Source: a bacterium (GTDB taxonomy: Bacteria > Bacillota_I > Bacilli_A > RF39 > UBA660). Taken from it: a DNA stretch of 64,000 bases. Below the pieces are notes generated by a model. It ran no database searches. It worked only from the letters and a program-made list of their open reading frames with translations, and was not told the origin of the DNA. Made by a program: the position numbers and the translations under genes. Where the stretch lies: positions 29,672 through 93,671 of the forward strand of contig JAWXUH010000005.1 in the NCBI GenBank assembly GCA_044432745.1. Direction: 5' to 3'. Positions 19,398-30,043 of this stretch are shown here, one piece after another. The number at the start of each line of letters is the position of its first letter. Positions within the stretch are counted from its first letter, which is position 1.

Positions 19398-20969
19398 ATG
19401 GATAAAGTACTAGTTCAAGTTAAGAAAAATGTAATACATTTAAGAAGAAGAGTGAAATTAAATGAAGAACAAAAAAATTTATTAAATACTAATATTATTT
19501 CTGAAAATGAACTAGTTTTTAGTTATGATTATATAAGAAAAAATCAAAAAATAATTATTTCTTTTTTAAAGGGTTTATGCAGAAATCAAAATATAGATAC
19601 TGTTTATATTTATAACACAACTATTACTCTTGAACTTTTAACAATTATAAAAGAAATTGAAGACATTGAACATATTGTTATTAAAGATGATTTTCTTATT
19701 ACGCATCAAATGTGCGAAATTATGAAACAGTCTAAAAACATTAAAACTATTAGTGCCTACTCTTTACATGATTTCTTAACTGAATATTTAGATCAACACG
19801 GAAAATACGTTGAAGTTAGAAAAGAAATTTTTTTACTTAGTAATTTTGCAAAAGGAAATGAACTTAATAAATATAGTTCATTGATTTATAAAAAGAATTT
19901 AAATTTAACTTTCCCTTTTAACGAAGATGATAAAGCCGATTTTAAATCCTTTATTCAAACAAATAAATATTTAAATACTATACATATAAACAAGTGTGAT
20001 AAAAGCAATTTAGAAGATGTTATACAATTAATATTGCTTCATAAAAAGAAAAATATTCGTATTATTCTTCATGAGAATGTATTTGAAGAATCTCTAGTAA
20101 AATATATACAAAGTATCAATTCTGCACATAAAAAACGTGATAACGTTTACATCACTGTTTCTTATTCAGATTCTTATCTTAGAAATAACATGTTAGCTCA
20201 AACTAATTTAAATATTTTAAAATCTTCTATGCTTTTGATTCTACTTTTAGTATTTAGTACTTTTAGTTATTATATTTATTCTAATTACAATGATTATAGT
20301 ACTGATGTTGTTTTGAAAGAAGTTATTGAAGAAGTATTATTAAACGTTGATAGTACTGTTGTTCTTGAGAAAATTAAAGTTATTGAAAAAGAAGCTGAAA
20401 AAGTTGTAATAAATGATTACATAGTTAATTTACAAACGATTAATGAAGATATCTTAGGTTGGATAAATGTACCTGGTACTTACATAGATTATCCTATCGT
20501 TCAAGGTACGGATAATGTTTATTATTTAGATTATACTATTGAAAATAATTATACTAGAGTTGGTTCTATTTTTATGAATTATAATAACAATATAGATTTT
20601 ACTGATGATAATACTATTATTTTCGGTCATAACTTTAGTGGTAGTAGCGTTATGTTTAGTACTTTAAATAACTTAACTACATCGGCGTGGCAAAGCGATC
20701 CAAGTAATAGAATTATAAGTGTTGATACTCTTTTTGAAAATTTAGAATATGAAATTTTTTCTTATTATACAATTCCAGTTACTACTGATTATCTAGTACC
20801 AAATTATAGTCATCCTTTTATTAGATATGATTTTTATGATATGATCACACAACGTAGCGATTACGATTTTGGAATAACTTTAACTAATGATGATAAAATT
20901 ATTACATTATCAACGTGTACTGACTCTGGTCCAAAAAGATTTGTTGTTCATGCAGTATTAAGAGACTAA
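19398..20969 (+). CDS. srtB: Class B sortase with about 270-aa N-terminal extension
   Basis: GWINVPGT.IDYPIVQG.DN.YYL, IFGHN, ITLSTC...RFVVHA. TM at about aa 275-295. Confidence 0.85.
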   Translation: MDKVLVQVKKNVIHLRRRVKLNEEQKNLLNTNIISENELVFSYDYIRKNQKIIISFLKGLCRNQNIDTVYIYNTTITLELLTIIKEIEDIEHIVIKDDFLITHQMCEIMKQSKNIKTISAYSLHDFLTEYLDQHGKYVEVRKEIFLLSNFAKGNELNKYSSLIYKKNLNLTFPFNEDDKADFKSFIQTNKYLNTIHINKCDKSNLEDVIQLILLHKKKNIRIILHENVFEESLVKYIQSINSAHKKRDNVYITVSYSDSYLRNNMLAQTNLNILKSSMLLILLLVFSTFSYYIYSNYNDYSTDVVLKEVIEEVLLNVDSTVVLEKIKVIEKEAEKVVINDYIVNLQTINEDILGWINVPGTYIDYPIVQGTDNVYYLDYTIENNYTRVGSIFMNYNNNIDFTDDNTIIFGHNFSGSSVMFSTLNNLTTSAWQSDPSNRIISVDTLFENLEYEIFSYYTIPVTTDYLVPNYSHPFIRYDFYDMITQRSDYDFGITLTNDDKIITLSTCTDSGPKRFVVHAVLRD

Positions 20970-21379
20970 TTTTTAGTCTTTTTTTTAGGGAATAATATTC
21001 TGTAAAATATTATTATTAATACAACACATACTACTATCAAATATTCTACTGCGTAATTCTCAAATTCTACTGTATTACCCTCTATATTAACTAGGTTTTC
21101 TATGTTCTCTTCATGGAATGCAGATGATGTTTTTTCTCTTGTTACAACAAGTATATAACTACTAAATTCATTTTCTCCATATACATTTATTTCTACTTCA
21201 TTTCTTCCTTCTAATAAAAAATCATTTTGTAGTATCTCTACTCTACAATTTGGATTTTCACACTCATAATTTATTAACAACTTTGTTACATCATTTTCGA
21301 CATTTACTGTATATGTATTTACTAATGAGTCAAATTCTAACGTCATTTCTCCATTTATAATTTCTAATTTTTTTAACAT
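20966..21379 (-). CDS. Cadherin-like beta-sandwich protein with C-terminal TM
   Basis: F.....TYTVNV......L.EG.N.V.I.V..E....Y.L.V.R pattern. Start follows a GAGGG SD. Confidence 0.65.
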   Translation of the reverse strand: MLKKLEIINGEMTLEFDSLVNTYTVNVENDVTKLLINYECENPNCRVEILQNDFLLEGRNEVEINVYGENEFSSYILVVTREKTSSAFHEENIENLVNIEGNTVEFENYAVEYLIVVCVVLIIIFYRILFPKKKTKN

Positions 21380-21442
21380 TTTATATCCCTCGTATGATAA
21401 TATTAATACATTTTGTTTGCAAAAAATGAAAAAAATTGACAC

Positions 21443-22528
21443 TTAGATCAATTTTATTAATATTTCATTCATTAAATATATTTTTTTAGGATTAATAAAA
21501 ACATTAGATCCTTCTTTTATTATATTTTTCTTTTTTATTTGTTCTTCTATTGGATACATTTTTAATAGATCTTCGTCAAATTTATTTTGGAATTCTTCTA
21601 AATTAATTCCCATCATTTTTCTAAACCCTAACATTAACTCGTAATCCATTGTTTCTTTTTTTGATAATAAATTTTCTTCTTTTCTATATTTGCCATTTAT
21701 GTATTCTGTTAAACTTTTAGTATTTTCATACCTTACTCCTTCATAGTAGCCTGCTGCTCCTAATCCAAAGCCATAATACTCACTATTGTTCCAATAAACT
21801 GTATTATGTTGACTCTCATAACCTTTCTTAGCAAAATTACTTACTTCATAATGATTATAACTGTTATTTTTTAACTTTTTCTTTATTTTTTTATACATAT
21901 TACTATCAACTACATCTGATATATACTGTGTATTATTAAGTTTTAATATAGTATTGTCTTCTATAATCAAACTATACGTACTTATATGTTCAACACCTAA
22001 TTTTAACATCTGTTTTATGTCTTTTTTTAATATTTTCATACTCTCAGATGGAAGTGCATACATTAAGTCTACATTTATATTTTCAAATCCATATTTCCTA
22101 CATAAATCTATTTTGAATTTAGCTTCGCTATAATCTGAATCTCTTCCTAATAATTCTAAATTCTTTTTATTAAAACTTTGTATCCCTATTGATAATCTGT
22201 TTATTTTATTAGCTTTTAAAAATTGTAATAATTCATCTCTTATATCAGTTAAATTACATTCAAATGTTATTTCTGCTTCAGAACTTATATTAAAAAGTTC
22301 TAAACACGTAAATAACTTTTTTAATTCTCCTATTTTAAGAGAACTTGGAGTTCCCCCTCCAATATATAATGTGTTTATTTGTTCATGATTATAATATTCT
22401 TTAATTTCTTTTTCTAAGGATATTAAATACCTTAATACAAAATCTTCCTTATACAACATTTTTGGAAAATCGCAATATGTACATATTTTTGTACAAAAAG
22501 GTATATGAACATAAACACTTTTATTCAT
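21443..22528 (-). CDS. hemW: Radical SAM heme chaperone (HemN-like)
   Basis: YVHIPFC...C.YCDF, GGGTPS, YEVSNF, HNTVYW. Downstream of lepA. Confidence 0.92.
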   Translation of the reverse strand: MNKSVYVHIPFCTKICTYCDFPKMLYKEDFVLRYLISLEKEIKEYYNHEQINTLYIGGGTPSSLKIGELKKLFTCLELFNISSEAEITFECNLTDIRDELLQFLKANKINRLSIGIQSFNKKNLELLGRDSDYSEAKFKIDLCRKYGFENINVDLMYALPSESMKILKKDIKQMLKLGVEHISTYSLIIEDNTILKLNNTQYISDVVDSNMYKKIKKKLKNNSYNHYEVSNFAKKGYESQHNTVYWNNSEYYGFGLGAAGYYEGVRYENTKSLTEYINGKYRKEENLLSKKETMDYELMLGFRKMMGINLEEFQNKFDEDLLKMYPIEEQIKKKNIIKEGSNVFINPKKIYLMNEILIKLI

Positions 22529-24314
22529 TCTTTAGTACCTCTAAGAATACTTCACTAGGTACCTCTACACTACCAACCATTTTCATTTTCTTTTTACCCT
22601 CTTTTTGTTTTTCTAATAATTTTCTTTTTCTTGATATGTCCCCACCATAACATTTTGCAAGTACATTTTTTCTCATAGCACTTATATTTTCTCTTGCTAT
22701 TACTTTTGATCCTATGCTTGCTTGTATAGGTATTTGAAACATTTGTCTTGGTATTAATTTTTGTAATTTAGTTGTTATTACTCTACCTTTTTGATATGCT
22801 TGATCTTTATGTATTATTACAGAAAGTGCATCAACTACTTCCCCATTTAATAATATATCCATTTTTACAAGTGTACTTTCTTTATATCCACATAAATTGT
22901 AATCAAAAGAAGCATAACCTTTTGTGTAAGATTTTAACTTATCATAAAAATCGTATACTATTTCAGACAGTGGTATTTCATAGTGAATATTTACCCTTGA
23001 TTCATCTATATACTCTGTTGATTTGTAGTTACCTCTTTTTTCTTGACATAACTCCATAATAGAGCCTATATAGCTCGTTGGTGCTATTATATTAGTATAT
23101 ATGTATGGTTCTAGTATTTTTTCTATATTTACTTTATCTGGCATCTTATTTGGAGAATCTACATACGTTAATTTTCCATCAGTTGTGTATACTTCATATA
23201 TAACACTTGGTGATGTTGCTATTACATTTAGGTCAAATTCTCTTTCTAGCCTAGATACTATTATATCCATATGAAGCAGTCCTAAAAATCCCATTCTAAA
23301 ACCAAAACCTAGTGCATCTGATGTCTCTGGTTCAAAGGTAAGTGATGCATCTGATAATTTTAATTTTTCTAATGCTTCCTTAAGTTCATCATATCTATTT
23401 AACTCTGTTGGAAATATTCCCGAGAAAACCATTGGTTTCATTTCTTTATATCCGTCAAGAGCTTCTTTACTTTCGTTTTGTTTAGTTGTAATTGTATCCC
23501 CTACAGATACTTCACTTATGTCTTTTATAGCCGCACATACGTATCCAACTGATCCACTTTCAAGTGTTTTAACCGATACATTACTTGGCGTTTTATATCC
23601 TAATTCTACTACTATAAATTGACTTTTTTTGTTAATAAGTTTTATAGTATCTCCTACATTAATAGAACCTTCTTTTACATTTACTAATAGTACTACACCT
23701 TTATATGGATCAAAGTAACTATCAAATATTAATGCCTTAGTAGGTACTTCATTTTTTATTACTGGTGGCTTAGCTCTTTTTATTACATTTTCTAAAAGTT
23801 TTTCTACTCCTTCACCAGTTTTTCCACTTACTAATAATATATCTTCTTCTTTAAAACCAAGTACTCTCGTTAATTCTTCCTTTACCTTTGGTATATTTGC
23901 ATTTGGTAAATCTATCTTATTTATAACAGGTATTAATTCTAAATCATTTTCCATTGCTAAATATAAATTAGCTAATGTTTGTGCCTCTATTCCTTGTGCA
24001 GCATCAACTACTAAAAGCGCACTATCGCATGCTGCAAGCGATCTAGATACCTCGTACGTAAAATCAACGTGACCTGGAGTATCTATTAAATTAAGTACGT
24101 AATCTTCATTATCATATTTATAATTAAGCCTTACCGCATTTAACTTGATTGTAATTCCTCTTTCACGTTCTAAATCCATACTATCTAGTAATTGATTTTT
24201 CATTTCTCTACTTTCAACTGCATTAGTAATTTCTAATATTCTATCTGCAAGCGTACTTTTACCGTGGTCTATGTGCGCTATAATTGAAAAATTCCTATAA
24301 TTGTTCTGTTTCAT
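22521..24314 (-). CDS. lepA: Elongation factor 4
   Basis: [19 protein letters not shown] and [21 protein letters not shown]. Confidence 0.99.
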   Translation of the reverse strand: MKQNNYRNFSIIAHIDHGKSTLADRILEITNAVESREMKNQLLDSMDLERERGITIKLNAVRLNYKYDNEDYVLNLIDTPGHVDFTYEVSRSLAACDSALLVVDAAQGIEAQTLANLYLAMENDLELIPVINKIDLPNANIPKVKEELTRVLGFKEEDILLVSGKTGEGVEKLLENVIKRAKPPVIKNEVPTKALIFDSYFDPYKGVVLLVNVKEGSINVGDTIKLINKKSQFIVVELGYKTPSNVSVKTLESGSVGYVCAAIKDISEVSVGDTITTKQNESKEALDGYKEMKPMVFSGIFPTELNRYDELKEALEKLKLSDASLTFEPETSDALGFGFRMGFLGLLHMDIIVSRLEREFDLNVIATSPSVIYEVYTTDGKLTYVDSPNKMPDKVNIEKILEPYIYTNIIAPTSYIGSIMELCQEKRGNYKSTEYIDESRVNIHYEIPLSEIVYDFYDKLKSYTKGYASFDYNLCGYKESTLVKMDILLNGEVVDALSVIIHKDQAYQKGRVITTKLQKLIPRQMFQIPIQASIGSKVIARENISAMRKNVLAKCYGGDISRKRKLLEKQKEGKKKMKMVGSVEVPSEVFLEVLKNE

Positions 24315-24367
24315 AATTAACTCCGTTTCATATTATACTACATATATTGTTTTTTTCATATAAAGTT

Positions 24368-25192
24368 TTATAGTTTGTTTTTTACTTGTTTTAATAAATC
24401 TATTTCTTGTTTTTGATTAATTCTATAGTCATAGTCATCATCGTTTATTTCAGTAACAAAATTTTTATTTATTAATCCATTTTTTATTAATATATTTATG
24501 TCTTCCATAAAATTTTCATCTAGTTCATGCGCATTACTGTGCGTTTCTTTATTTATATAACCGTCATTATTTCCATTATTGGAAAAATGAAACTGCTTGA
24601 TATATTTTTGCATATTTCCTACTGCTATATACTCCTCAAAATATTCTGGATAATTTCTCTTATATATTGCAGCCCTGATTTTTACATGACATGTATCTAT
24701 ACATATTTTTAATTGATCATTATCTATATGCTCACATAATAATATTTCAGTGCATGCATCCTCATTTATAAAGAATGTGTTTTCAAGCAATATAGTTACA
24801 TTACTTCCTTTTATTAAATCTAGCATTCTTTGAAAATAATCAAGTGTCATTATTACATGTTTTTTGTAATCCCAACTTGTATGAAATAATACATTAATAT
24901 GTACATTAAATTCTCTTGATATTTTCATAAAATATTTTAACAAATTATGAAATTTTTCTTCACTTGAAAACATATAAAATTCAATGTCACAAAAAGGTAT
25001 AGGTGTATGCACCGTTATTTCTTCAAACGTATGTATTTCTAGTATTTTTTTTATAGGATCATATGCATTCATCTCTAATGTATTATAATCCATCTCTAGC
25101 ATTTGAATTTCTATTCCTTTTGCTTCTTTTATATACTCATGTAGGTATTCTATACCTTTTAATTTTTCATCTATCTTTGGAAATATTTCCAT
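24368..25192 (-). CDS. Xylose-isomerase-like/AP-endonuclease-2 TIM-barrel protein
   Basis: LLEN, CIDTCH, HFSN..D..H and E metal-ligand pattern. Confidence 0.65.
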   Translation of the reverse strand: MEIFPKIDEKLKGIEYLHEYIKEAKGIEIQMLEMDYNTLEMNAYDPIKKILEIHTFEEITVHTPIPFCDIEFYMFSSEEKFHNLLKYFMKISREFNVHINVLFHTSWDYKKHVIMTLDYFQRMLDLIKGSNVTILLENTFFINEDACTEILLCEHIDNDQLKICIDTCHVKIRAAIYKRNYPEYFEEYIAVGNMQKYIKQFHFSNNGNNDGYINKETHSNAHELDENFMEDINILIKNGLINKNFVTEINDDDYDYRINQKQEIDLLKQVKNKL

Positions 25193-25222
25193 ATATTTTC
25201 TCCCTTATATTCTATATTTTTT

Positions 25223-25657
25223 TTAATTATCTAAAATTATTGTAATTGGCCCATCATTTTCAATATTAACAAGCATATCTGCTCCGAATTTTCCTGTTTC
25301 TACTTTTAAATTACTTCCTAATTTTTCATTAAAAATATTATATAATTTTTCAGCTTCATTTCCATTCATTGCATCAATATATGATGGTCTATTTCCCTTT
25401 TTAGCATTACCGTATAACGTAAACTGACTTATAGATAATATCTCTTGATTAGTATCTAATATACTTTTATTCATTACTCCGTTTTCATCATCAAAAATTC
25501 TTAAATTAATTATTTTTTTTATCATTTTATCTATATTTTCTTCATTATCAGTATGAGTGAATCCTACTAATATTACCATACCAGATTTTATTTTTCCTAT
25601 TATTTTATTATCTACTGATACAGATGATTCTTTACTTCTTTGTACTACTACTTTCAT
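25223..25657 (-). CDS. dtd: D-aminoacyl-tRNA deacylase
   Basis: MKVVVQR, SQFTL, NDGPIT. Coupled to rel. Confidence 0.97.
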   Translation of the reverse strand: MKVVVQRSKESSVSVDNKIIGKIKSGMVILVGFTHTDNEENIDKMIKKIINLRIFDDENGVMNKSILDTNQEILSISQFTLYGNAKKGNRPSYIDAMNGNEAEKLYNIFNEKLGSNLKVETGKFGADMLVNIENDGPITIILDN

Positions 25658-27768
25658 AAATCATTAATATCCTCTGTTGTATTTTTTACTCCGTTTATTC
25701 TATTTATTCCATTAATTAAATTTTCTAAACTTTCTTTATCTTTTATAGATACAGAAATTTCTATTACGTTTTCGTTTATTTTAAATGACTCTAATCTAAC
25801 TGTTTTTTTAGAACATACTTCAATTAAAGAAGATAAAAATAAATTTGGTAATTCTGTGAATATATATAAATTTTTACTAAACTGACTACTGTTATCGTAA
25901 TTCCACTCTACTGGTACTAATTTTTCTTTTTCATCTACTACGTTTTTACAATTCTTTTTATGTATTGCCACTCCATTAGTTTTTGTGATGTGACCTACTA
26001 TGTCATCTCCCTTTACAGGCATACAACATTTTGCTATATTTACTAATATATCGTTTTGACCATCTACAATGATATCACTTTTGTAATTAATTCTTTCTTT
26101 TTTTCTTTTACTTTTATTTATCAATACATCTTCTATTTCAGTTTTATCTTGATTAGATAAATTTATTATATATCCTGCTGTATATCGCAGTGATCCTATT
26201 GATAAATACAATTCATCCATATCACTTAATTTTAAATCTCTTAATATTTTATTTAAATTTTCTAATTTATTAAACTCATCAAAAGTTATCTTTCTTTTTC
26301 TAAGTTCTTTTTCTAATATATTTTTTCCTCTATTTATATAATCTAATCTTAATTCTTTTGAAAAATACGATTTAATCTTATTTTTTGCCTGAGTAGTTTT
26401 TACAATATTTAACCAATCTTTATTTGGTTTACTTGTTTGACTAGTTTTAATACTTACTATATCTCCATCTTGAAGATTGTAATCAAATGATACCATAGTA
26501 TCATTTACTATTGCTCCTACAGTCGTATCACCTACATTAGAATGTATTCTATATGCAAAATCTATAGGAGTTGATCCACTTGGTAATTCTACAACATCTC
26601 CTTTTGGTGTATATACATATATAATTTTTTTGAATATGTCATTACGTAAATTTTCTTCAAATTCATTGTCTGAATCACTATAACTAGATTCAATTATATT
26701 TCTAAACATTTCTAGTTTTTGTTCCATTAAATTTTGCATTTTACTTGAACTTTTTTCTTTATAAGACCAGTGAGAAGCTATACCTTTTTCAGCTATAGAA
26801 TCCATTTCATATGTTCTTATTTGTACTTCGTATACTTTGTTATTGTCACCTATTACCGATGTATGAAGTGACTGATACATATTTTCTTTTGGGTTAGCTA
26901 CATAATCTTTAAATCTCTTTTCTACTGGTTCATATTTTGAATGTATTAATCCTACTGCTGTGTAACAATCATGTTCTGTTGTTACAAATATTCTTAATGC
27001 TAAAATATCATATATATCGTCCCAAGTTCTACCTGTAGATAGTTTATTATATATACTATATACACTTTTTACCCTTCCTTTTATTTCGAATGTTAAACCA
27101 CTGTTTTTAAATATTTCTGATAACTCTTTTTTCATTATCTCTATATCTTCATTTAATTCTTCTATCGATGCGTTTAACTTCTCAGTTATATCTTCACATA
27201 CATCTGGTTTTAAATATTGTAAACATAAATTTTCTAATTCACTTTTTATTTTATTCATACCTAGTCTATGTGCTATTGGTACCATTATATTTAAAGTTTC
27301 GTCTGCTTTTCCTTTTTGTTTATATTCTTTTACTGCGTAGTTTGTTCTCATATTATGTAGTCTATCAGCTAATTTTATATATAGCACTCTTACATCTTCT
27401 GCCATTCCTACTAATATTTTTCTTAAATATGCTTTTGACGATTCACTTGTTCCTAGTAATTCTAGTTTATTTATTTTAGATAATGAATCTATTACTTTTG
27501 CTATATCTTCTCCAAAATTTTCTTTTAGATCTTGATATGTTGATTCTCCATTATTTATTACTTCATGTAGTAATGCTGCTATTATTACGTCTTCACTTAC
27601 TCCCATATCCATTAATATGTTAGCAACTTCAATTGGATGAGTTATATAATCATCTCCACTTAGTCTCTTTTTTCCTAAATGTTCTTTCTTAGCATACAAA
27701 TATGCTTTTTCTACATTTTCATAATTATATTTTTCTTTTATTTTTTCTTCGATATCTTTAAAAACCAT
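25654..27768 (-). CDS. rel: Long RelA/SpoT homologue
   Basis: GRVKSVYSIY, RFKDY, YQSLHT, EVQIRT, TGS domain (TPIDFAY.IH) and CC.P..GD. HD motif altered. Confidence 0.95.
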   Translation of the reverse strand: MVFKDIEEKIKEKYNYENVEKAYLYAKKEHLGKKRLSGDDYITHPIEVANILMDMGVSEDVIIAALLHEVINNGESTYQDLKENFGEDIAKVIDSLSKINKLELLGTSESSKAYLRKILVGMAEDVRVLYIKLADRLHNMRTNYAVKEYKQKGKADETLNIMVPIAHRLGMNKIKSELENLCLQYLKPDVCEDITEKLNASIEELNEDIEIMKKELSEIFKNSGLTFEIKGRVKSVYSIYNKLSTGRTWDDIYDILALRIFVTTEHDCYTAVGLIHSKYEPVEKRFKDYVANPKENMYQSLHTSVIGDNNKVYEVQIRTYEMDSIAEKGIASHWSYKEKSSSKMQNLMEQKLEMFRNIIESSYSDSDNEFEENLRNDIFKKIIYVYTPKGDVVELPSGSTPIDFAYRIHSNVGDTTVGAIVNDTMVSFDYNLQDGDIVSIKTSQTSKPNKDWLNIVKTTQAKNKIKSYFSKELRLDYINRGKNILEKELRKRKITFDEFNKLENLNKILRDLKLSDMDELYLSIGSLRYTAGYIINLSNQDKTEIEDVLINKSKRKKERINYKSDIIVDGQNDILVNIAKCCMPVKGDDIVGHITKTNGVAIHKKNCKNVVDEKEKLVPVEWNYDNSSQFSKNLYIFTELPNLFLSSLIEVCSKKTVRLESFKINENVIEISVSIKDKESLENLINGINRINGVKNTTEDINDL

Positions 27769-27869
27769 GTTGTCACCTCTCCTATTTTCTGTTTTTACTT
27801 ATATGTTTTTTAATTACTACATATATTTATTATATAACAATTTTTGGTTTTTTTAAAGGAGGTTAAATT

Positions 27870-29165
27870 ATTAAGAAAAATATTTTTTTTAAATCTACAA
27901 TAATTTTATTAATAGGCGGTTTTATTACTAGAGCACTTGGTTTTATTATTCGCATATACTATACTAGAGTAATCGGTGAAGTTGGAATAAATTTACTTTC
28001 TATTGTTATGCCTACATATTCTATGCTTATGACACTTGCTACCTTCATGCTTCCACTTACTATATCTAAACTTGTTGCAGAGCAAAAAAAACGAAGTATT
28101 AGCATTATGCAAAATGCAGGTTTTGTTATTTTTTTTATTAATCTAGTTGTTATCTTTTTTATGATACTTAGTAGCGATTATATAGCCTCTACTCTTCTTA
28201 ATGAACCTAACTGTAAATACATTTTAATTGCTATGAGTTTAACTCTACCATTTATTTCTCTATCATCTATTATAAAAGGATATTTCTTAGGTAAACAACG
28301 AACTATGCCTTATATGATATCTAATGTATTAGAACAACTTCTAAGATTAATTGTAATACTTTTTATGCTTCCTATTTTAATTAAATTTAGTCCCCTTCAC
28401 GCTGTTGTTGGTCTTATGCTTTTAACTATAATTTCAGAGTCATTTAGCGTCTTTATTTTTATGTTTTTTCTTCCTAAGAACGTAATTATTAAGAAAGAAG
28501 ATTTGAAATACGACAAGGGAATTTATTCTGATATTTTAGATTTATCTATACCATCAGTTTCCGGTAGAATTGTTGGCAATATAGGTTATTTCTTAGAACC
28601 TGTTATTTTGACAAATTTTTTGATTTTTTCGGGTTATACTTCTACTTATGTAATTACTGAGTATGCAGCATTTAATGCATATGCTATACCAATTCTTACT
28701 ATGCCTGCATTTTTTATTCAAGCTCTTAGTCAAACTCTTATACCAGAGATTAGTAAATACAACGGCATTAATAATAAAATTATGATAAAAAAAAGAATAT
28801 ATCAAGTTCTTAGTATTACTTTTATTCTTGGATGTTTGTTTTCTATTTTTATTTTGATATTTAACGAAAAAATTCTTTTAATATTATATAATACTTCTAA
28901 AGGATCTAATTATATTAAATGTCTTGCACCTGTATTTTCTATATTTTATTTAGAAGGTATTTTCTATGCCATTTTTCAAGCTATTGATAAAGCTAAGTTA
29001 GCTTTCAAGATTTCTTTAAAAGGAGTTATTATGAAAATTGTTATTTTATCTTTTTTATCATTAATAAAAATTGGTATGTATTCTTTGGTGATTGCTCAAA
29101 TTATTAATATACTATATATAATAACAATTTGCTTTGTTACTCTAAAAAAAGAAAGTGTTATTTAA
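27870..29165 (+). CDS. spoVB: SpoVB/MurJ-family (MOP) flippase, probable ATT start
   Basis: Frame open upstream of ATG 28008 as IKKNIFFKSTIILLIGGFITRALGFIIRIYYTRVIGEVG, the typical SpoVB N-terminus. Also ISKLVAE, KGYFLG, EQLLR. Confidence 0.75.
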   Translation: MKKNIFFKSTIILLIGGFITRALGFIIRIYYTRVIGEVGINLLSIVMPTYSMLMTLATFMLPLTISKLVAEQKKRSISIMQNAGFVIFFINLVVIFFMILSSDYIASTLLNEPNCKYILIAMSLTLPFISLSSIIKGYFLGKQRTMPYMISNVLEQLLRLIVILFMLPILIKFSPLHAVVGLMLLTIISESFSVFIFMFFLPKNVIIKKEDLKYDKGIYSDILDLSIPSVSGRIVGNIGYFLEPVILTNFLIFSGYTSTYVITEYAAFNAYAIPILTMPAFFIQALSQTLIPEISKYNGINNKIMIKKRIYQVLSITFILGCLFSIFILIFNEKILLILYNTSKGSNYIKCLAPVFSIFYLEGIFYAIFQAIDKAKLAFKISLKGVIMKIVILSFLSLIKIGMYSLVIAQIINILYIITICFVTLKKESVI

Positions 29166-29229
29166 TAGTTGACTTTTTGTAGCATATTTGATATACTATT
29201 TGAGTTGCAAAAAAAAAGGGGGTTTTTTT

Positions 29230-30024
29230 ATGAAAGGAAACGAGGACATTATTTTGAATAATGACAATAACTATAAACCTATAAGTTTTATAAGTAAATA
29301 TATAAAAGAAAATTTAGATGGAGGAAATGATCAACTTAAATTAATTTTATTTGATAAATTTTTAATTAAATTTTCAGAAGATTTTAATATAAATCTTGAT
29401 GATTTATTAAATAATGAAAAAAGTATTATAGATAATATGGAATCTAGAGAGGATGCAAATCACAATTTAGTATTTGAAGGTGTTAGACACGGTTATTATA
29501 AACAAATTTGTTATAACTTCTTAGTTGAAGATTATAAAAATGCTTTATCTTATTACCAATGCTTAATGCATCACTTAGTTAGTACATACAAGGCTTGTAA
29601 TGTAGACATTAAATTTATAGAACATTATGCTTATTTATCTGCTGAAGAAGATTTAGAATATGAACAAACTATTACTTCTCCAGTATCAAATATAGTTTTA
29701 AATTCAGTAAACATAAATGATAATGAAGATACTAATACTATGAATAACTTTTTAGAAGATTTTAATAAAGATATTCCTGATACTGTTTCTAATTTAATGC
29801 GTATAGAACATTGTTTTTTAACATTAATTATGAAAGGAAAAGTTGAATTTCAAGACGTAATTAATAACGTATATTATAAATTTATTAAGCCTATTTGTAA
29901 TTTCTACAATAATGGAGAAATTAAAAAAGCTAGAGACTTATATGTTGGTATGATTAAACATTTTTCTGAAAATTATATTAACGAAAATAATTTAGACGAC
30001 GAACTTGGAAAAGTTTTAAGTTAA
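29230..30024 (+). CDS. Hypothetical protein with internal helical duplication
   Basis: Start follows a G-rich SD. Two related about 40-aa segments. Confidence 0.6.
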   Translation: MKGNEDIILNNDNNYKPISFISKYIKENLDGGNDQLKLILFDKFLIKFSEDFNINLDDLLNNEKSIIDNMESREDANHNLVFEGVRHGYYKQICYNFLVEDYKNALSYYQCLMHHLVSTYKACNVDIKFIEHYAYLSAEEDLEYEQTITSPVSNIVLNSVNINDNEDTNTMNNFLEDFNKDIPDTVSNLMRIEHCFLTLIMKGKVEFQDVINNVYYKFIKPICNFYNNGEIKKARDLYVGMIKHFSENYINENNLDDELGKVLS

Positions 30025-30043
30025 AAAAACAGTGATTTTAAAA

